DNA of 64,000 nt from Octopus vulgaris (Eukaryota), in the NCBI GenBank assembly GCA_951406725.2, contig OX597814.1, positions 117,986,001 through 118,050,000 on the forward strand. The letters are read 5' to 3'. Of this stretch, positions 55,671 through 64,000 are shown piece by piece. How positions within the stretch are numbered: the stretch's first letter is position 1; the number at the start of each line of letters is the position of its first letter. The notes under the pieces are model-generated. The model did not search any database. It was not told the DNA's origin and saw nothing but the letters and a program-made list of their open reading frames with translations. A program made the translations under genes and the position numbers.

Positions 55671-57529
55671 CTTAAAGCCAACTGATGCAAACAACGTGCA
55701 TGACCTTGTGTTACTAAACCTCAAAAATTAATCATAATCTGATTGGTTTCATATGCCAGTGTCCAGAGTAAATAAGAATGAAAGTAATGTAGTAACGCTG
55801 GTTATGAATATCATCAATATGTTTAAGAACAAGTAACACAAATAATTTTTCTGTTTACAAAATTCAAATATAATTGGGCCGTATATTTGTAATACAGTAT
55901 GTTGAAACACTTCAATTGGCTCTGACAATTCATGCAGTCAATAGGCAAATGCTTTATCACGGTGTGTTTCAAAAGGAATGAGTACAGCCAACGGAATTAT
56001 TTCCGTAATCTACCAAAGAAAAAACAAAATGTAACGAAAAGCAACTAATTGAAATTTTCAGGAAATATAAGTAGCGCTGTTTAAAATTTCCGCTTTGCTG
56101 CATCTGCACTGCGATATTCCATTACATAATCAAAACAATATTTGATTCAATTTCGCGCAAAATTTCAAATATACAAAACATAAGGAAAATAGGAAAATAG
56201 TTACATGTATTTTAGGGTTGTAATTGAAAGAAGATATAGTGATATCGATCCACAAGCTTCAAAGCAATATCTTGCATTTCAATTTTCATGTATACGAAAA
56301 TTTGTTTTATTAATTTTGCTCACAAACTCATCGTACATAAAAATATATGGGTCATGTGCAAATTTTTCAAACGAAATGTTAATGCATATTTCTACACATA
56401 TATTTTGAATGATATATATATATACATCACATATGTGTGTGTGCGTGAGTTTGTGCATATGTGTGTGCATATGCATGTGGACAAATACACACACGTTTGT
56501 ATATGCGGTATTTATATTTGCAAAACGTAATAGAGATACAAGCAGGTGAATTTTACCTATTTTTCCGTAGAGCGTGCACATGATAGAAAAGCATAATCGA
56601 TTTCATTTATATTTTGATGACTATGCACTGCTGCTTTGTTACCTATGTTATCATCGTATTTATAATTGGTTCTTGGCATGTTCTGAAATCTTACATTTTA
56701 TTTGCAAGTAACTCCTATAGGACAATTACAATAAAATCATTATCAGGCAGAAAATTAGAAAGGGAAGACAACAAAATTTTCCTAAGCGTCAATAAAACGT
56801 TGAAATAACGAAGGCATGAATTACGATAATTTTTATCTTGAAAATAAAGACGGACACGACCTAGTTTCTATAAGACAGGTACTCGACTAATGGAACTACT
56901 AAAGTATCATGAAAATGGATCAGTATTTGAAATCTTATGATAATAATGTTATCTACTCAACAATCCAAGTGATAAGGACCGCATTACATTTACTATAATA
57001 AAACCTGTACAGACCTATTATTTATGTTGTACTCGTATCTGTACACTCAATCTAATTTCCAGTCACAGACAATACAAATTTTACTATGGTTAGCTAGATA
57101 TCATTGAACTATACCTCACATCTTCCTCCGTCATCAAAAGCAGATGACGAAACTGTCAATCACAGCATATTAAGAACTATGTTTTGATACGCAAACATAA
57201 TGCAATTAATTTCCTTGTGCATGCTAAGTTTTGACTCACAAGAATCTATTATTTAAAGCCAACCTAAGTAGTGATGGTAACTGATGAGATATAACGATCA
57301 CGAAACACGTGTCCACAGGCGGATGACGGCATTCGTAGCATAATTCGATGTCACTTCATACGCAGGAGCTAGAAAGAGTGTTTCTCTTCCGATAGATTTA
57401 TCTCAGAGCTCGTTTCCCTCCGTTCTATTGTACACACATACTCACACTCACAAACACACACGCACACCTACTAACACACACACATACACGCACACACACA
57501 CACACACAAACACATATACACATTTGGAC

Positions 57530-57825
57530 GCATTATTGCAACAGCTTGGATTTCACTGAACCAAAACTGTTTAAAATCCTGCCAAGAAACCTACGATATC
57601 TGCACGGCGTAGGTGTAGAAATGTTTAAAAATCACCCGGACAAATTTCTGAGTAAAATCTAGATGGGCCCACGTCACGGCAGACGGCAAAAAGAAGAACA
57701 GCTTCGTCCAACTCTTTTCTTCAAAACAGTGAGAAAACTGTATCAAAAACAGTACCGAAAGGGGAAACATAATTTGTGAAATGTGGTGCTCCGGCTTTTG
57801 ACTGAAACCAGTAAAAAGATAACAA
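57530..57825 (+). mobile_element. 3' end of a decayed CR1-like LINE
   Basis: Translates as YCNSLDFTEPKLFKILPRNLRYLHGVGVEMFKNHPDKFLSKI...RTASSNS, matching the GP.LFN.LP / FK..LD.FL..P.P / SNSL pattern. It ends ggtgctcc...tgactgaaaccagtaaaa. Confidence 0.7.
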
Positions 57826-57837
57826 TAATATGTGTGC

Positions 57838-57885
<48 letters not shown>

Positions 57886-57897
<12 letters not shown>

Positions 57898-58180
57898 GAA
57901 GGTTAGAAAATGCATTTTTAAAGATGTTTAATCACTTGACCGGTTTCATTTTTTAGAAAAAGATTTTGAAAAGTAAAATGTAAAGATTTGTAATATTTTG
58001 TAACAACCAGTAACTAACACAACAAAGCTTTTACAGAGTTTTAATTTTACGTTTTACAATCTTTTTCTAAAAAAGTGAAACCGGTCAAGTGAATAAACAT
58101 CTTTAAAATTGCATTTTCAAACCTTCTTTCATATATATTTCTACTCGCGCGGTACATTATAATTTCCCTTTGCTATGTAT

Positions 58181-58185
<5 letters not shown>
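57886..58185. mobile_element. Imperfect palindromic element (about 94-bp arms) in (TA)n, probable inverted PLE pseudo-LTR pair
   Basis: 57886-57979 is the approximate reverse complement of 58044-58137. Each arm contains GAAACCGGTC. Confidence 0.65.
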
Positions 58186-58255
<70 letters not shown>

Positions 58256-61200
58256 CGGGAAACTCTAAATGACAGCCATTTTAATTTAATCGTACACATT
58301 ACACAACGTCTACAAAATACCCTCATCTTACAACAGCAATAATATTTTAGTTCCAAAGCATTAATTTTTACTGTATGTCCCGCTTGTATGAACATGCAGT
58401 GAAATATTATTAATAGAAAGTACCCTAACATTTTATTGTGCATCAATTCCTTGGTTAAATATATTGTAGATAGTGTATGCTAAACAAAAACCTCAATAAT
58501 GAGACTTGATTATAAAATACTTTTCGACTATAAATAGATCTAATTGTTTGTATTACTTTGTAAATTGAAATATCCTAATATTATCAATGTGTTTGTTTCT
58601 CTGGAAAAATATGCTACGTTATTATAATTCATTAGTTTACTGCACATAATATGTAGCACTTCATAAAGATTAATTTCCGAATGTGAATGTTGCGTGTAAC
58701 ACAAGATTAAAATATGCTTTATTCTACAAGTGTTGCTCAAAGTACTCTGTTTCATATCATGTATCCGGTGCTTTGCTTGTTTGTGACTTTAAATCTCAAG
58801 CTCTACTTGATATATTTCTCTATATTTTATAACGTTAAAACCTTTCATATGATTGTTGAATAAGAGCATTATTAAAGCCTGAATATTAATAGATCAGGAA
58901 GAAATAAGTACAACGTAGATCTATTTAGTGCTATTAATATTTCTGAATCATTCTTCCAAATTCATAGAATCATAGACGACATCCCAACTCATGATTTGTA
59001 GACATCGAAAAATGTTGTGATCGCTAAAAGAATGGACTTCAAATATCCTATACTTATGTTAAACTCAACCGGCGCAAAGGTTTTAATTACTCAAAAATAA
59101 AAAAAAAACAAATAAATTATTCGAGATTTTACAAATCTCACATATTGCAATCCACCCAGGAACACCTTGTTCGAGAAGCGTACTTCTTAAACTGGTACCT
59201 CTACCTACGTGTCCTTGTATATCTTAGTTATTACTCAATTTCATCGATTATCTCTGACATAATTAAGTTATCCGTATGTAAATCTTGAGGATTCTAATAG
59301 TGAACAAGAGGTATTGTGCATTTATTTATATTTCCAAGCCAGGAATAATAGTCATCACCAATTATTCCTATTCGTACTGCCACGTCTCTATGTTTTCACT
59401 TCACCCGTCTCCGGGAAATATCCTATGCAATGGATTTTGACAGCATTTTACACCAATGCACAAAATGGATTTCTAACCTAAATTCCACCCCCATCGTTGA
59501 TAGAAAATAATCCTCTAAATTCAAAAGGTCTTTGCTGTAATTAAATCTTTTTAGTTTGCAATTAAGTGAAAAATGTTTGATGAGGAGACAGTTTTGATAT
59601 AAATCCGTTCGAAAACAGTGGAAAGTGTACTTTAATTAGCTAGACCGATTGGCAACGCAGAAAGCTTCTGAAGATAAAATAGAAGTTAAAAACAGAAGAA
59701 TAGTGAAAATAGGACAGTTCACACTATAGTAATTTCATTAAGTTTGAAAAGAAAAGCTACTCAGCTTCAATCAATAAACAATTATTGATCGTTATTTAGG
59801 AAGTTAAAGCATAGTTAAGACAAAAGAAAACAAAAGAGACAAAACATGTTAAATTGTAATTTAATCAAATTTGATTTGGGGCTGTTTTAATGAAGTGAAG
59901 GGCTAAACAATGTGAACCGCTTGGTTACTGAATTTAAAGAATATTGAGATTGATTCAGTTAAAAACGTATTCTAAGACTTCTTGACAGAGAACTTTAACA
60001 AATATATAATTAAATGTTTTATTTTTGTAGAAATTGAATAAGAATATCCATACTAAAGCTATAGCGACAGTAGCAATAGTATCCGTAGTCTGTAAATATT
60101 AGCACCAATGCAGAAACTAATGTTTTTTCGGTACCAAATGTTACATATATTGTGAAATAACTAATTTCGACTTGCATGGAGGGGAAATCGAATGCGATAC
60201 TAATAATTTTATATATCTGTTCAGTAAAAACTGCTCAAATATAAACTAGAATTCAGCTACATTTTCTAGATAGAATCGGCTTTTCAGGGAATAACAAACT
60301 AGACGCTACGTCTGCTTAGACAGTTTCAACAATTTTAATGACATTGTTAAATTAAAACAATGTATATACTTGAATATATACCGAATATAATCATTTACTA
60401 TGACTAATTTTCCAAATTTTATGTCATGTTTGACACAATTAGAATATTCTTTATTGAACTATTACTGCTGCATGTGATTTCTTTTATCAAAATCTAAGTA
60501 AAGGAGTTACAATGATGAAACTGGCGAAGATTCGCATCACTAGATTTACAACCAGTAAGTGTGAAGTCAATTTGCTATCAAAAATGTGTCATTTTACAGG
60601 CTTAACGCTTTTCAACATGAAGTCTAATAAGTGTGAAGTTGGTTCCGTAACTTACGACATCTCTTACGATGGTGACACAACATATAACAACACGGACTGG
60701 GTATAATGAAATGATAACTAATAATTCAATAGTTATCAAGTGTCAGTGCATTTCACAGTACAGTATTGTCGGTTAGAGTAGTAAGGACAACTGTTTCATC
60801 TAACATGTGAGTGTGGTAGAATAAAAGATTGTGTATAATGGGGTATAGAAAGGTATATAAATGTATATATATATATAGAGAGAGAGGGAGAGATAGAGGG
60901 AGGGAGGGAGAGAGAGAAGAAGAGAGAGAGATAGGTACACAAATATAAACATGAACACACACATGCACACATATACATATAAGCATGCATTTATATTTTT
61001 ACGTATGTAATGATGTGCGCTTATGTATGCATTAAATACACGCCTTTAAAGACAAATATTAGAAAACTGAAGCGATTTATGATAAATTACACTGTATGAA
61101 AAACAATTACTTTTTAAAAAAGAATCCGATGTAGTAAAAAAAAAATACTTGAAAATGTATAGAAATTTAAATGCTTTTTCTAAAGAGCTTGCTGTTAAAT

Positions 61201-61892
61201 TATTTCTCAAAGAGGAATGTATTGTATTAAGCATTAAGTATTCATATTCTGTTCGGAACTATTTCATGTTAATATAATACTGTAAGCCTTTTTGTAATGA
61301 TTCATATTCTTTTTCACTTTCAGTGGAGATTGCATCAAAAACATTAGCTAGAATTCCCATCGGCGATTTCAGCATTTTTCTTCCACTACAAATTCCACAT
61401 TATGTATTTTTATTAGATCAAATGCAGCCAAGTATAAGCGAGATTGCTGAAAAAATCTTAATTACTTCTCAGAGTAATTCTTAGAAGGTAACAGCACATT
61501 TGTTATATTTAAATTCTGTATTGTTTTTACCCTGCAACATTATATCCCTGAATTGAAAATTCCTCGGATTCATTTTCAAACAGAATTGACTTTGATTAGA
61601 GGCAACCAATAGAAAGTAAAGAATGCGGGAAACGTTGGAGACAATTAGTAGTATGACTTGGAGTATTTTAGACGCAGTACAAATATATAGATGTAGTATA
61701 AGAGAAGGAATACATATCAGCATTTGATGTAAATTCTAACTGATGCTTTGATTAACTATAGTATCATTGATACATGTTTTACTGAATGAATATTATATAT
61801 CTTATGATAACATATGGTATTCAAGATATAAATCTTAATCAATATATACGTGTGTATGTACGTATATATATAAACATATACGTATGTGTGTT

Positions 61893-61997
<105 letters not shown>

Positions 61998-62000
61998 CAT

Positions 62001-62125
<125 letters not shown>

Positions 62126-63062
62126 TATATATATTGTAAAGATACAAATAAGATAATTTCGAAGAGTTGGCGTTAGAACACCAAAAATACTGGGTAGCTT
62201 ACCCTTACAAGACACCTACATTGCCAGACATAACAGTTAAAATGCTCTAATACTCTGTACGATACACATTGTGCCCCTTGTAATAAAAATGAAGAAAAGA
62301 AATACTTGATTGCCTAAATTTATGTATATATGTGTGTGTGTGTGTGTGTTTGCTTATGTGGTCAATGAACAATAAGCAATTGCTTCTTATGGACAGATTA
62401 TAGATTCTTTGGCTCGGTTGCGAGGCAATTGGCTTTTGTACAAAAATATTTCAGATTTACAAAGAAATTACATGCTAATATTACAAACATGAAATGAAAA
62501 TCTGAGTGGTAGTGCGAAGCCAGTTTTTTTTTAAAAATTTCGTCAATGTGTGTGGTATCTTGTCAGCAATATGTGTGTATGAATGTGTACGTTTAAATGT
62601 ATATATGAATGCGTATGTATGTGTCTGTTGATCTGTGTGCATGAAACTCTGTATATTATTTCTTCTCTTTCCATAAGGACGGAAATGTTTTATTTATTGA
62701 AAGGAATACAGATCCTCGCTTAAAGTGAGATAACAGAAATATTTAATTCGACATATCTAGCTGTAGATATTCATACATGTTACTGTGGATATTCTTTTAA
62801 ACTCGAAACCTTAGATTTTCGAGATTCTCACGTAGACAGGATAATTAAGTCCTACAACAAATGTGGATATAAATGTAAATTTCTATTCATATGAGCAGAG
62901 TAGCTGTCCTCATTGACTAGCACAAAATTCTCCTATTCTTTTGAAATAGGCATTATCATCAAATGCACAATGCTGTAGCGTATGTTGTGACGGGTTTATG
63001 TTAACGTCATTTTTTGTTTAAAAATGTATTCCGTAATCAGGTCAAGACTCGTTCTCTTGTTA

Positions 63063-63290
63063 CAGTAATCCTTCGACTATCGCGGCTGTTATGTTCCAAA
63101 ACACCACGTGATAGGTGAAAATCCTGGGCGTAGGAACAACACTGTGCTGTATATTGTTTTTTTTTTAATTATTTCTATAATTTGTATATATTTATTCTAT
63201 TATAAATTCAAAATAACACCACAGAGGAATCGACGTAAGCTTAAATAATAAACCGCGATAGGTGAAACGTGATATAGCAAGGTATTACTG
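63063..63290. mobile_element. pogo/Tigger-type MITE with TA TSD
   Basis: Ends read TA|cagtaatccttcgactatcgcg ... gtgatatagcaaggtattactg|TA, with an internal repeat of gataggtgaaa. Confidence 0.8.
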
Positions 63291-63409
63291 TATTGATATA
63301 TTTTGAAGTTGACAGAAAAGAGGACGCGAATCAAATTCATCTGTAACTCTCTGACATCCACGCATTTTTGTCTGCTTAGATTTTGCTCCTCCAATTTACG
63401 TTATGATTG

Positions 63410-63720
63410 TTTGTTTGCTTATTCCTTCTCGAGCCATGCCTGGCTCATATGGGCCGGTTTCCCGGTTTCCTTTGCGTATAGGTTCCCCACCTTGACGTGA
63501 CGCCGGTCCGTCGCAGGTGAGCTGCAAGATGCAGGCGGAAAAAGGGAGAGAAAGTTGTGGCGAAAGAGTCAGTAGATGTTTGCCATTACCTCCTGCCGTA
63601 GCCGCGTGGACCTTAGGTGTTTCGCTGATAAACACACATATCACCCTGTCTGAGATTCGAATGCGCGATCCCTCGACCACGAGTTCGCTGCTCTAACCAC
63701 TAGGCCATATGCCTGCACCA
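63410..63720 (-). mobile_element. tRNA-derived SINE (family C), near full length, (AAAC)n tail
   Basis: Minus-strand head tggcctagtggttagagc (A box) ... cattcgaatctc (B box); homologous to 43270-43479. Confidence 0.85.
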
Positions 63721-64000
63721 TACGTTATGTTGTCTTATGCGAGGTGATACAGGAATAGAGAGATTTCTGTTTAATGTTACATATGCTGTAAACATATATT
63801 CCAAAGACAAATTCATGTACCTAGTTAAATCACTTTTCTCTATTGCCTTCTTAAGACAGCGGTTTCTATATATCCGAAAGTGAAAGTACACAGCTTATTT
63901 TTGCTACATTATGGTATTCATTTCAAGCTACAATAAAATAATACTTTATAACTTTTGATTTCTCTCAAGAGTACATTTAGTACACTTTAGTTTTCCTATG

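Noticed and set aside
60600-60700. Possible exon (ttttacag...TGG/gtataa; GLTLFNMKSNKCEVGSVTYDISYDGDTTYNNTDW)
   Set aside because: Weak donor, no recognisable domain and no partner exons. It needs RNA-seq support.
61324-61483. Open frame after a pyrimidine-rich acceptor-like site
   Set aside because: No recognisable homology or convincing donor.

Overview
This is a eukaryotic, very AT-rich, microsatellite-saturated window. I found no convincing host gene, so it reads as intergenic or deep intronic. From recalled SINE families and repeat texture the host is most likely a cephalopod such as Octopus; this is inference, not a database result. Nearly all ORFs in the supplied track are translations of (TA)n, (CA)n, (GATA)n or (GAA)n repeats. 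The recognisable content is mobile DNA: a near-intact Neptune-type Penelope-like element (PLE, RT plus GIY-YIG, about 5150-7915), a decayed second PLE with tandem pseudo-LTRs (32652-34897), CR1-like LINEs, an R4/Dong-like 3' end, Tc1/mariner relics, mariner and pogo MITEs, and many tRNA-derived SINEs. A 4.2-kb duplication around a 100-N gap is probably an assembly artefact. The most interesting signals are: (1) a complete minimal hammerhead ribozyme with a compensatory U3-A8 core in the PLE 3' end, plus several variant hammerhead-like motifs in microsatellite-embedded tails; (2) a T_TTT_TTA slippery site in exactly the register needed to -1 frameshift an upstream frame into the PLE RT frame; (3) a covarying 3' stem-loop shared by the CR1-like LINE and the commonest SINE.
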